Positions 8,921 to 17,702 of a stretch of 44,710 nucleotides of DNA are shown one piece after another. The DNA comes from Polyangiaceae bacterium (lineage in GTDB: Bacteria; Myxococcota_A; Polyangia; Polyangiales; Polyangiaceae), in assembly GCA_044224495.1 (NCBI GenBank), contig JBGAKG010000005.1, positions 1 through 44,710 on the forward strand, given 5' to 3'. Below the pieces are notes generated by a model. That model searched no databases and was not told where the DNA came from. It was given only the letters and a program-made list of their open reading frames with translations. The position numbers and the translations under genes are program-made. The stretch's first letter is position 1, and every line of letters begins with the position of its first letter.

Positions 8921-10087
8921 ATGCGTTCGCTCCTCCTCGCGTCGTCCATCGCCGTCGTCGTGTTCGCGGCTGGTTGCAGCTCGCCCCCGCCCAACGTCTT
9001 CGCGGACGGTGGTCAGCTTCCCGGTGACGACTCCGGCACCGTCATCCCCGGCGACGATAGCGGGAACCCGTTCGATCCCGACGCGACCACCGGCGACGGC
9101 GGCGGCACGCCCCAGTGCAACCCGAGCCCCGACAACTTCGAGGTACCCGGCAACAACTGTGACGACGACGGGGACGGTCAGGTCGACAACGTCGCGGGCC
9201 CCTGCGACAACGGCCTCGCGATCACGGGTGATGCAGCTGCGTTCGCCAAGTCGATCGGCCTCTGCAAGGGCGTCGTCAGCGCGACGTTCACCCAGGGCTA
9301 CAACAACACGACCGCGCCCTCGAACGATCAGCACGGCATCCTCACGAAGTTCGGCAACGTCATCAAGCCGAAGCAGGGCTCGAACCTCGGCGTGCTGAGC
9401 TCCGGCTTCGCGCGCGAGTACAACGGCCTCTCCGGCACGGCGGTGTTCCGCGGCTTCAGCGGCGCGATGACCGGCACCGGCGCTGCGCCGCCCGGCTACC
9501 CCAAGGCGTCGCCGGCGTGCCCCAACGCGTCGATCAGCACGACCGTGAAGGACGTCATCAACCTGAAGCTCCAGGTGAAGGTGCCCGCGAACGCGAAGGG
9601 CTTCTCCTTCCAGTTCAACTTCTTCAGCGGCGAGTGGCCCGAGTTCGTCTGCACGCAGTTCAACGACTCGTTCATCGCGTACCTCACGTCGAAGGCGTTC
9701 AACAGCGGCAAGCCCGAGAACATCTCTTTCGACGCGAACAAGAACCCGGTCAACGTCAACAACGGCTTCTTCGATCGCTGCTCGCCGTCGTCGCTCACGT
9801 GCTCCAACTTCCCGCCGAACTACAAGGCGTGCGCGAGCGGTGACTCTGAGCTCCAGGGTACCGGCTACTTCGCGTCGGGCGCGCACTGCAGCGGGACGAC
9901 CGACTCGGGCGGTGGCGCCACGGGTTGGCTCCAGACCAAGGCGCCGGTGCAGCCGGGCGAGACGATCACGATCGAGTTCATGATCTGGGACACCGGCGAC
10001 CAGGCGTGGAACTCGAGCGTTCTCCTCGACTCGTGGGCATGGGAAGCGACCGACACGCAGGTCGGTACGGTCCGCGGCCCGAACTGA
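8921..10087 (+). CDS. Secreted lipoprotein, paralog 2 (tandem duplicate of 7721-8899).
   Basis: Signal peptide plus lipobox (VVFAAGC). Shared motifs with paralog 1: NNCDDDGDG, HGIL(S/T)KFGNV, GVLSSGFAREY, FNDSFIAYL, and the C-terminal GTVR(P/G)PN. Confidence 0.75.
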   Translation: MRSLLLASSIAVVVFAAGCSSPPPNVFADGGQLPGDDSGTVIPGDDSGNPFDPDATTGDGGGTPQCNPSPDNFEVPGNNCDDDGDGQVDNVAGPCDNGLAITGDAAAFAKSIGLCKGVVSATFTQGYNNTTAPSNDQHGILTKFGNVIKPKQGSNLGVLSSGFAREYNGLSGTAVFRGFSGAMTGTGAAPPGYPKASPACPNASISTTVKDVINLKLQVKVPANAKGFSFQFNFFSGEWPEFVCTQFNDSFIAYLTSKAFNSGKPENISFDANKNPVNVNNGFFDRCSPSSLTCSNFPPNYKACASGDSELQGTGYFASGAHCSGTTDSGGGATGWLQTKAPVQPGETITIEFMIWDTGDQAWNSSVLLDSWAWEATDTQVGTVRGPN

Positions 10088-10123
10088 GGCGGCAATCGTC
10101 TTTTTCTGTTAGGTGGAGGAGCC

Positions 10124-11533
10124 ATGCCGCTCTTCCAGAAGGTTCTCATCGCCAACCGCGGAGAGATCGCTCGCCGCGTCATTCGCACCTGCAAGCGCCT
10201 CGGGATCGCGACGGTCGCCGTCTACTCCGAGGCGGACGCCGAAGCGCCGCACGTGACCGACGCCGACGAAGCCGTCGCGATCGGACCGGCGGCAGCCAAG
10301 GACTCGTACCTCTCGATCCCGGCGATCCTCGCCGCGATCGAGAAGACGGGGGCCACCGCAGTCCACCCCGGCTACGGCTTCTTGAGCGAGAAGAGCGCGT
10401 TCGCGCGCGCGCTCGCCGAGAAGAACGTCACCTTCGTCGGGCCGCCGCCCAACGTGCTCGACTCGTTCGGCGACAAGATGCGCGCTCGTCACGTCGCGCT
10501 CGCCGCGGGCACGTCGCCGGTGCCGGGCTCCGACGAGCCGCTCCCGATCGACACGCCCGAGGACATCGCCGCCGTGCGCACCCTCGTCGCAAAGGTCGGT
10601 TTCCCGATCGTCGTGAAGGCGGTCGGCGGCGGTGGCGGCATCGGCATGCAGGTCGTCCGCGAGGACGGGCAGCTCGAGCGCGCGCTCAAGAGCTGCTCGG
10701 ATCGCGGCAAGGCGTCGTTCGCCGACGCGCGCGTCTACCTCGAGCGCTACGCCTCCGAGCCGCGCCACATCGAGGTGCAGATCTTCGCCGACACCCACGG
10801 CAACTTCCACGCGCTCGGCGAACGGGAGTGCAGCCTCCAGCGGCGCCACCAGAAGATCGTCGAGGAGTCACCGTCGCCGGCGGCCTTCTTCGAGGGACCC
10901 GCCGGGGCCAAGCGCCGCTCGGACCTGCACGAAGCCGCGCTGCGCGTCGTCCGGCACGTCGGCTACGTGGGCGCGGGGACGTGCGAGTTCATCGCCGACG
11001 CCGAGGGCAACCTGTACTTCCTCGAGGTCAACGCCCGCCTCCAGGTCGAGCACCCGGTGACCGAGATGGTGACCGGTCTCGATCTCGTCGAGCTCCAGCT
11101 CCGCGTCGCCGCGGGCGAGAAGCTCCCGGATCTGTCGCAGCTCCAACGCAATGGCCACGCGATCGAGGCCCGCATCTACGCGGAGGACCCGAGCAAGGGC
11201 TTCATCCCCAAGCCGGGCCCGATCGACGAGCTCGTGTGGGCCGGCAAGAGCGGCGCCGAGGCCGACGTGCAGTCGAAGACCCTGCGCGTCGAGTCCGGCG
11301 TGCGCCCGGGCAACAAGGTCACGCCGTTCTACGATCCGATGATCGCGAAGCTCGTCGCGTGGGGCGAGACGCGAGCGGCAGCGATCGCCGAGCTCGATCG
11401 CGCGCTCGAAGGCTCCCGCGTCGCGCCGTGCACGACGAACATCGCGTTCCTCCGCAAGGCGCTCGCGTCGGAGGAGTTCCGCGCCGGCAAGTACGACACG
11501 AGCTTCGCCGAGATCCTCGCGAAGCGCCCGTGA
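10124..11533 (+). CDS. accC: Biotin carboxylase (ATP-grasp; the AccC-like subunit of an acyl/acetyl-CoA carboxylase).
   Basis: The N-terminus MPLFQKVLIANRGEIARRVIRTCKRLGI is canonical for biotin carboxylase. ATP-grasp and C-terminal BC domains are present. No BCCP or carboxyltransferase gene lies adjacent. Confidence 0.85.
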   Translation: MPLFQKVLIANRGEIARRVIRTCKRLGIATVAVYSEADAEAPHVTDADEAVAIGPAAAKDSYLSIPAILAAIEKTGATAVHPGYGFLSEKSAFARALAEKNVTFVGPPPNVLDSFGDKMRARHVALAAGTSPVPGSDEPLPIDTPEDIAAVRTLVAKVGFPIVVKAVGGGGGIGMQVVREDGQLERALKSCSDRGKASFADARVYLERYASEPRHIEVQIFADTHGNFHALGERECSLQRRHQKIVEESPSPAAFFEGPAGAKRRSDLHEAALRVVRHVGYVGAGTCEFIADAEGNLYFLEVNARLQVEHPVTEMVTGLDLVELQLRVAAGEKLPDLSQLQRNGHAIEARIYAEDPSKGFIPKPGPIDELVWAGKSGAEADVQSKTLRVESGVRPGNKVTPFYDPMIAKLVAWGETRAAAIAELDRALEGSRVAPCTTNIAFLRKALASEEFRAGKYDTSFAEILAKRP

Positions 11534-12388
11534 CTACGCCGACTGCGCTCGGCGCTTCACCCCGTGCGTCGATACGACACCCACGACGGTGAAGACGACG
11601 GCGAGCACGACGACGACGATCGTCGTCGTGGTCGTCGCTCGCCCACCCACGTGCGAGACGATGACGGCGGACGCGTTGTTCACGGCGTGCGCGGCGATCG
11701 CCCAGCGGATGCTGCCGGACTTGGTCGCCAACCACCCGAGGTAGAGCCCTACGAGCACGGCGAACGATCCTTGGAGCAGGTCGCCGTGGGTGATCCCGAA
11801 CATGAGCGCGGAGATCCCGATCCCGACCGCGGCGCCCCAGCGTCGCGCGAACACCGGGAGCAGGAAGCCTCGAAAGAGGAGCTCCTCGGCGACCGGTGCG
11901 AGCCCCCCGATCACCACGACCGACAGCACCCACACGAGCGGCGAAGCACGCTCGAACGCGCGGTTCATGATCGCGCTGTTGGAGTTCTCTCCGAACCCGA
12001 TCAGGTGGGCGGCGGTGTTGACGCCGAAGCTGATCCCGAGGACCCCGAGCGAGGCACCCGCGCCGCGGAGCCAGCCGAACGAGCTCGGCCCGAGCTCGAG
12101 CGGCGCTCCGAGGGGAGGGGGCTTCGCCCGCCAACGCTGGAGGAAGGAGCCGGCGACGGCGGTGGCCGCCAACCCGGCGCCGCTCCCGAAGGCGCTCGCG
12201 ACGAGCACGGGCGCCGAGAGCAAGTAGCTCGACACCTCTTCGCCGAAGACCCCGGACGAAGGAAGCCCGTCCCAGAAGTGGACGGCCAGCATCGCGCCCG
12301 CGGTGGGGATGGAGAAGAGCACCGACGCGAGCACGCCTGCGATCCACGCGACGAATCCGGGCCAGACCGCCGGCCGCTTCGGGTCCAT
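11534..12388 (-). CDS. CPBP-family intramembrane metalloprotease (CAAX protease / Abi-like).
   Basis: Multi-pass membrane protein with the EELLFRG motif, FGITHG, and a conserved His-containing helix (AHAVNN). Confidence 0.75.
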   Translation of the reverse strand: MDPKRPAVWPGFVAWIAGVLASVLFSIPTAGAMLAVHFWDGLPSSGVFGEEVSSYLLSAPVLVASAFGSGAGLAATAVAGSFLQRWRAKPPPLGAPLELGPSSFGWLRGAGASLGVLGISFGVNTAAHLIGFGENSNSAIMNRAFERASPLVWVLSVVVIGGLAPVAEELLFRGFLLPVFARRWGAAVGIGISALMFGITHGDLLQGSFAVLVGLYLGWLATKSGSIRWAIAAHAVNNASAVIVSHVGGRATTTTTIVVVVLAVVFTVVGVVSTHGVKRRAQSA

Positions 12389-12406
12389 CGCCCTACGGTA
12401 GTGGCG

Positions 12407-12979
12407 TCAGCGTGTCACGTCGACGTTGTACACCGCGTCACCGGACGTGGCCGTGCCGGTGATGTGGGTGGTGCCCGGTTTGCGCTCGACGATCTTCGGG
12501 TCCTGCGCGTTCGCCTGGAGCGTGCCCGAGAACGTGAGGTTCAGGGTGACCGAGCCCTTCAGGTCGCCGTCCATCGCGTAGGTGCCGACGAGCGTGCCGT
12601 TCAAGGTCCCGGTCGGGATGTTCTTCAGCTGCATGTCGAGGTGCGGGGGCGTCGCATCGCTCGTCGCGAACGTCAGCTTGCCGTCGTCCGAGTAGGTGAC
12701 GAGCTTCTCGACCAGGCGCATCCCCTTGTTGGCGGACGCGCCTTGGTCGACCTGTCCCGTGATCGTCATCGTCCCGGACTTCGCCCCGTTCGCGTTCTGC
12801 GGATCGATGTTGGCGCTCTTCGCCGCGTTGAAGCCGGCGAACCCGAGCGTGATGGCCTTGTCGATCGACGGATCCAGCCCGAGGTAGGCCTGCTGGGCCT
12901 CCTCGGTGGAGCTCACCCCCGAGCTGCTGCATGCAGCGACGACGACGAGGGCGAGCGAGGCGAGTCCGAAGCGATTCAT
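12407..12979 (-). CDS. Hypothetical lipoprotein (190 aa).
   Basis: Signal peptide plus lipobox (LVVVAACSS). Start confirmed at the ATG at 12979. The upstream in-frame Ala/Arg-rich portion of the 450-aa ORF in the track is rejected. Confidence 0.6.
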   Translation of the reverse strand: MNRFGLASLALVVVAACSSSGVSSTEEAQQAYLGLDPSIDKAITLGFAGFNAAKSANIDPQNANGAKSGTMTITGQVDQGASANKGMRLVEKLVTYSDDGKLTFATSDATPPHLDMQLKNIPTGTLNGTLVGTYAMDGDLKGSVTLNLTFSGTLQANAQDPKIVERKPGTTHITGTATSGDAVYNVDVTR

Positions 12980-13022
12980 GAAGGAGACCTTTCGCGGTTG
13001 GGGTGAAGAAGAGCGCACACGC

Positions 13023-14432
13023 TCAGTTCGGCGGCGGAACCACGCAGCGGCCGCCGGTGCACGGCACGCCGTTGCAGCAGTCACCCGAGACCGTGCACGC
13101 CTGGCCGTAGAGGGCGCAGCCCGCGTCGGTCGTGGTGCCGCTGTCGGGCGGGAACCCGCAGATGCCGCCCGTGCAGGGGAGGCCCTTGCAGCAATCGCCG
13201 TTCGTCGTGCACTTCTGGCCTTCCGGCACGCAGCTGCCGCCGCAGATGAACGGCGGGTTGCCGCTCGGGTTCGGGACGCAGGGGAGACCGCAGCAGTCCG
13301 CGCTCGACGAGCACGCCTTGCCGGCGAGGCTTCCGCCGTCGGGCGACACGCCCGCGTCCTGGCACTGGCCGACGCCGGTGCAGCGCGGGATGCCGAGGAG
13401 GTCCTGCTGGCAGACGAGCGGGTTCGTGTTGACGTTGCCCGAGCAGCAGTTGTTTTCGGCGTTGCAGCTCGACGTCGCGAGCTTGCAGATCGCGCCCGCC
13501 GGGCGACACGCCGTGCCGTTGTCGCAGCGACCCGCGCCCGCGTCCGGGGTGGCCTTGCTGCAGATGACGCTGCCGTTCGCGCCGCCCTTGTTGTTCTTGG
13601 AGCCGCAGCAATCGTCGTCGTTCGCGCAGATCTCGCCGGTCGGCTTGCAGCCGCTCGGCGGCTGGCAGATGCTGATGTTGGGGACCAAGCCCGGCGCGCA
13701 CGCGCGGCTGCAGCAGTTGCCGCCGCACGGCGGGATGCCGCCGTCACCGATGCCACCATCGAAGGTGCCGCACACGGTCCCCGCGATGTCGCACTGCGTT
13801 CCGCCGGGGGCCGGCGGGACGCCGCAGATGCCGACCGAGGCGTTCGGCGCGATCACGCAGCTGTTGCCGCAGCAATCGGCGTTCTGCTTGCAGATGTCGC
13901 CGGTCTGGCCACAGAACGAGACCTGCTGGAGGCAGATGCCGCCCTGGCAGACCTTCGAGCAGCACTCACCGTTCGCGGTGCAGGCGTTGCCCGACGTCTT
14001 GCACGAGAGGTTCAGCGGCTGGCAGACCTTCGCGCCGCCGTCCACGCCGGCGCACTTCTGTCCGCAGCACTCCCCGTCGCTCGAGCACGCTTGGTTGTCG
14101 CCCGTGCACTTGGTGCCGCACTTGCCGCCGACGCACCCGAGCGAACAGCACTCCGTGCCGGTCGTGCAGCTGTCGTTGGCGGGCTTGCAGTTGTTCACCG
14201 GGGCGCCGCAGACGCCGAGGTTCGTGCAGTTCGAGCTGCAGCAATCCGTCGGCTTCGTACAGACCGCGCCGGTCAGGCCACACTGGCCGCCGTCGCCCGT
14301 CGAGCCTTCGGTGTCGCCGTCCGTCGTCGAGGCATCGACCGTCGCGTTGTCGTCACCACCGCAACCCCCGACCCACGCTGCCATCCCAATCGCCGAGCAG
14401 GCGAGGGCCACGACCCAAATTCGACGCATCAT
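13023..14432 (-). CDS. Secreted cysteine-rich repeat protein built from ~11 tandem ~30-aa modules with a C-x5-C-x5-CC-x3-C-xn-C framework.
   Basis: Signal peptide MMRRIWVVALACSAIGMAAWVGGCGG, then repeated modules such as CTKPTDCCSSNCTNLGVC, CSSDGECCGQKCAG and CTTNGDCCKGLPCTGGIC. Confidence 0.8.
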   Translation of the reverse strand: MMRRIWVVALACSAIGMAAWVGGCGGDDNATVDASTTDGDTEGSTGDGGQCGLTGAVCTKPTDCCSSNCTNLGVCGAPVNNCKPANDSCTTGTECCSLGCVGGKCGTKCTGDNQACSSDGECCGQKCAGVDGGAKVCQPLNLSCKTSGNACTANGECCSKVCQGGICLQQVSFCGQTGDICKQNADCCGNSCVIAPNASVGICGVPPAPGGTQCDIAGTVCGTFDGGIGDGGIPPCGGNCCSRACAPGLVPNISICQPPSGCKPTGEICANDDDCCGSKNNKGGANGSVICSKATPDAGAGRCDNGTACRPAGAICKLATSSCNAENNCCSGNVNTNPLVCQQDLLGIPRCTGVGQCQDAGVSPDGGSLAGKACSSSADCCGLPCVPNPSGNPPFICGGSCVPEGQKCTTNGDCCKGLPCTGGICGFPPDSGTTTDAGCALYGQACTVSGDCCNGVPCTGGRCVVPPPN

Positions 14433-14540
14433 GTCGACCTCCCGATGCCAACCATCGAAGGGTTAGGTACGACCACCTCGAGCGATCCGGCGTCTTGGCC
14501 CGCGATTCGGTGCGATACGCACCCACCTCGGTACCGTGGC

Positions 14541-15692
14541 TCAGTGCACCAGTGGGGTGCAGCGGAGGGCACCGGAGACGTGCGTGCACGTCGAGCTCGC
14601 GTTGCAGCAGTCGCCACGCACCGAGCAGAGCGCGCCGTCCGGCACGCAGCCGATCGTGCAACGCAGGTTGCCTTCGCCGTCGGGAGCGCAGCGGCCCTGG
14701 CAACACTGCGCGGTCAACGCACACGGCGAGCCGTCGCTGAAGCACGCGGAGGTGGGCGAGCAGCGCTTCACGCCGGAGCTCGTCGGCTCCGGCGCGCACG
14801 GGCCGGTGCAACACTCGCTGGCTTTGGCGCACGCCTCGCCGAGGGCGCCGCACGACTTCAGCGCGCAGCGAGAGATCCCATCGCTGTCCGCGGCGCACGC
14901 ACCGGAGCAGCAGTCCGCGTCCTTCGTGCAGGTCTCGCACGTCGGGCGGCAGCCGCCGAGCGGTGCGCAGCGGCGCGTGCCGTCCGATGTGGGTTGGCAC
15001 CGGCGCGAGCAGCAGTCGTCGTCGAGCGTGCAGACCTCTTCGGCCACGGCGGTGCACCCGGTCCCGTCGTTCGTCGCGCACTGAGCGGCCGGCGCGCACC
15101 GACCCACGCCGTCGCTTCCGGTCACGCAGCGGCTCGAGCAGCAGGATGCGCCCACCGAGCACAGCTCGCCCGCGACGCGGCACCCCTGGAGGAGCGCGCA
15201 CCGCCGCTCGCTGCCCTTCTTCTCGCACACCCGCCCGCAGCACTCGCTGTCCGCGGTGCAGAGCTCGCCGGCCGGGCTGCACGTCGGCGCCGCCACGCAG
15301 AGCTGGTTCGCACAGCGCCCGCTGCAGCAGTCGGGCCCTCCCGCGCAGGCCGTGCCCGCCGCGCCGCAGATGCCGCTCGTGCACGTGCGGCTGCCCTCCG
15401 TCCCCGCGCACGAGAGGGAGCAACAGTCGCCCGCGGTGGAGCAGCTCGCCCCGAGCGCCTTGCACCCGTTGGGTTGCCGGCACGTGAGCTGCCCCAGCGT
15501 GTCGACCGCGCACAGGCCACTGCAGCACTCCGCGGACTCGGCGCAGGCTTGGCCGATGTCCTTCTTGTTCGTGCAACCGGCGTCGCCGCTGTCGGGCGAG
15601 CCGGGCGGCGGGCGGTCGAGCACGGCCAGGTTCGACGCTTCGCAGGCGACGACGAACGCCGCGACGGCGAGGGTGGTCAGAAGGTGGCGCAT
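14541..15692 (-). CDS. Secreted cysteine-rich repeat protein, a paralogous architecture with 10 modules of the C-C-CC-C-C framework.
   Basis: Start confirmed at the ATG at 15692 (MRHLLTTLAVAAFVVACEAS). Modules include CAESAECCSGLCAV, CSTAGDCCSLSCAG and CTKDADCCSGACAA. The upstream part of the 651-aa ORF in the track is Arg-rich junk. Confidence 0.8.
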   Translation of the reverse strand: MRHLLTTLAVAAFVVACEASNLAVLDRPPPGSPDSGDAGCTNKKDIGQACAESAECCSGLCAVDTLGQLTCRQPNGCKALGASCSTAGDCCSLSCAGTEGSRTCTSGICGAAGTACAGGPDCCSGRCANQLCVAAPTCSPAGELCTADSECCGRVCEKKGSERRCALLQGCRVAGELCSVGASCCSSRCVTGSDGVGRCAPAAQCATNDGTGCTAVAEEVCTLDDDCCSRRCQPTSDGTRRCAPLGGCRPTCETCTKDADCCSGACAADSDGISRCALKSCGALGEACAKASECCTGPCAPEPTSSGVKRCSPTSACFSDGSPCALTAQCCQGRCAPDGEGNLRCTIGCVPDGALCSVRGDCCNASSTCTHVSGALRCTPLVH

Positions 15693-16720
15693 GCGCCGAG
15701 CCCTCCTCCCACGCCCGGACCGCCGACGCCCACCACCGTGCTCGACGCGTCGAGCGCGCGAACGGGGCGCAACGGCAGCACGAACGCGACGTCCGCATAG
15801 AGACGCACCCAGCGCCCCAGCGCGAGCCAACCCTGCATGCCGACGTCGATCAGCGTCGTCACGTCGCTCTGCGGGTTCGCCGTCGCGCCGGGCGCCGCCG
15901 TCGCGCCGTACGCGATGCGCGCCACCGTCGCGCGGGCGGTCGCATCGAGGCCGAGCCGACCTGCCGGCGGTGTGAGGGTCAGCGCGGCGCCGAGCCCGCC
16001 CCCAATCGCGCTCGGCGAGACGCGCCCGTCGCCGGACGACGCAGAGAGCCCACCGCGGAGCGCGAGGTGCAACGCGAGCGAGAAGCGCGGGATCACCCAG
16101 AGCGAGGCCACGACGTCGCCGCCGATCAACGTTGCCCCTTCGGCGAAGTGCTCGATCGCGGCGCGCGCTCCGAGACGCGCGCGCGGGGTCGACGGGCCCG
16201 GCGGCGGCGGACGCCGGATCCCGTCGTCGACGGCGTCGCGGACGGCCTTCGGGGGCGGCTCTGCCGGGGGCGGCGCGTCCGCGAGCGCGAGCTCGGCCCA
16301 GCTCGCGCGCAGGAGCTCGTCCATCGCGACGGCGACGAGGAGCGGGCGCGCGTCGGCGGGGTAGCTCCCGACCGGAACGTCGCGCTTCACCTCCTTCGCC
16401 GTGATGCGGTCGCGCACCTCGATCGTCAGCGTGACGTCGTTCTCGTGCGTGACCAGGTGCACCGCCGCGATGGGGCGTCGCTCTCCGCCGGAGCACAGCT
16501 GGAGCCCGCGTGACTCGAGCTCCGTCCGGAGCAGCCGCAGCAGCCTGTCCCGATCGATCTGGACGTCGTCGTCGACGACTGCTTCGACGGCGGGCAGGTC
16601 CGGCTTGCAGGGCTCCGCCAGCGCTTCGGAGGCGGCACCGAGAGTCACCCCGAGCGGCGCGCCGATCAGCGCCGCCCGCGCGAGCCCTTCAACGACAACG
16701 GTTCGCCACGTCCGCTGCAT
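15677..16720 (-). CDS. Hypothetical secreted protein (possibly an outer-membrane protein; the C-terminus ends …GLGACATF).
   Basis: Signal peptide MQRTWRTVVVEGLARAALIGAPLGVTLGAASEALA. The start was chosen at 16720. The Arg-rich extension up to 16975 overlaps the anti-sigma gene and is rejected. Lies between the anti-sigma gene and the Cys-rich genes. Confidence 0.5.
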   Translation of the reverse strand: MQRTWRTVVVEGLARAALIGAPLGVTLGAASEALAEPCKPDLPAVEAVVDDDVQIDRDRLLRLLRTELESRGLQLCSGGERRPIAAVHLVTHENDVTLTIEVRDRITAKEVKRDVPVGSYPADARPLLVAVAMDELLRASWAELALADAPPPAEPPPKAVRDAVDDGIRRPPPPGPSTPRARLGARAAIEHFAEGATLIGGDVVASLWVIPRFSLALHLALRGGLSASSGDGRVSPSAIGGGLGAALTLTPPAGRLGLDATARATVARIAYGATAAPGATANPQSDVTTLIDVGMQGWLALGRWVRLYADVAFVLPLRPVRALDASSTVVGVGGPGVGGGLGACATF

Positions 16721-17702
16721 GCACACCGTTCGGATACCGAGCAGCGTACGCGTCCCGAGCCGAGACGCAACGGGAGTCATGGGAGCGCTCCAGCGCCTCG
16801 ACGCGCCGCGCCTCCGCGTCCTCGCGGAACGACGCGTTCGGCGCGAGCACGAGCGCATCGTCCAACGCCTCCACCGCGCCCTTCGGATCGCCGAGCGTGT
16901 CGAGCCGCAGGCGGCCGAGCTCGAACGCCGCGATCCCTGCGCGCGGGTCCGAGCGGTACTGGCGGCGGAGCGCATCGAGCGCCGCGGCCGCGTCGCGCGG
17001 CTTGCCCGAGATCCGCGCTTCGTCGGCCTGCTCCATGAGCTCCTTCGCCGTTGCGCGCGGCTTCACCGCGACCGTGGCCGTGACGGTCGGCTCCACCTGC
17101 GTCGCGCTCGGCGGCGCGGTGGTCGTCGGGGCAACGTCGATCCGTCCCGCCTCCACGTCGGCCGTGCCGTCCCAGCTCTCGTGCGCAGCGACCACGCGGA
17201 CGAGCACGCCGTCGCGCCGGACCTCGACCGCACCCTCGCGCACCTCGACGTGGACGGCCCCCGGCGTCCGCTCGACGCGGAACGTGGTGCCGACGTCGAT
17301 CACGTCGTAGGGACCGGCGTGGACGACGAAGCGACGCGTCTCGACGTGCGGCACGACGAAGTCGGCCGCGCCGTGGTCGATCGTGAGGGCAATCGTCTCG
17401 CGCGCCGCCATGTCGACCCGGACGTCCGCATCGGCGTGCGGGGTCACGCGCGCACCATCGGGGAGGACGATCGCGGCATCGCTCGCGGCGGGAAGGGGCG
17501 CTTTCGCCGTCGCGATCGGCGCCGGCTTGTCGTGGAACGCGAAGAACAGGGCGACCGCCGCCGCCGCCGCCAGCGCACCGCCGCCGGCGACCCACCCGAT
17601 TCGGCGCGGGGGAGGGCTCGCGACGACGGCGAGCGCGCGATCGATCCGCGCCTCGTCGACCTCGCTCCGGACCCAGTGACTCAGGTCTTGCGGTTCGCTC
17701 AT
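16689..17702 (-). CDS. FecR-domain anti-sigma factor (single transmembrane segment; periplasmic FecR domain plus a TPR-like tail).
   Basis: Start MSEPQDLSHW at 17702, overlapping the sigma-factor stop codon by 4 nt (ATGA). A TM helix (WVAGGGALAAAAAVALFFAF) and FecR-like beta region (DGARVTPHADADVRVD…VHVEVREGAVEV) are present. Confidence 0.75.
   Translation of the reverse strand: MSEPQDLSHWVRSEVDEARIDRALAVVASPPPRRIGWVAGGGALAAAAAVALFFAFHDKPAPIATAKAPLPAASDAAIVLPDGARVTPHADADVRVDMAARETIALTIDHGAADFVVPHVETRRFVVHAGPYDVIDVGTTFRVERTPGAVHVEVREGAVEVRRDGVLVRVVAAHESWDGTADVEAGRIDVAPTTTAPPSATQVEPTVTATVAVKPRATAKELMEQADEARISGKPRDAAAALDALRRQYRSDPRAGIAAFELGRLRLDTLGDPKGAVEALDDALVLAPNASFREDAEARRVEALERSHDSRCVSARDAYAARYPNGVHAADVANRCR

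Noticed and set aside
7658-9886. 742-aa minus-strand ORF antisense to the tandem lipoprotein paralogs.
   Set aside because: Ala/Arg/Val-rich, internally repetitive only because it mirrors the duplicated + strand genes.
12407-13759. Full 450-aa version of the minus-strand ORF containing the small lipoprotein.
   Set aside because: The portion upstream of MNRFGLASLA is Ala/Arg/Thr-rich junk overlapping the 13023-14432 gene. Only 12407-12979 retained.
12906-15800. 964-aa + strand ORF across the Cys-rich repeat genes.
   Set aside because: Antisense frame (Cys codons GCA/ACA read as Ala/Ala/Arg). The real genes on the minus strand have signal peptides and periodic Cys frameworks.
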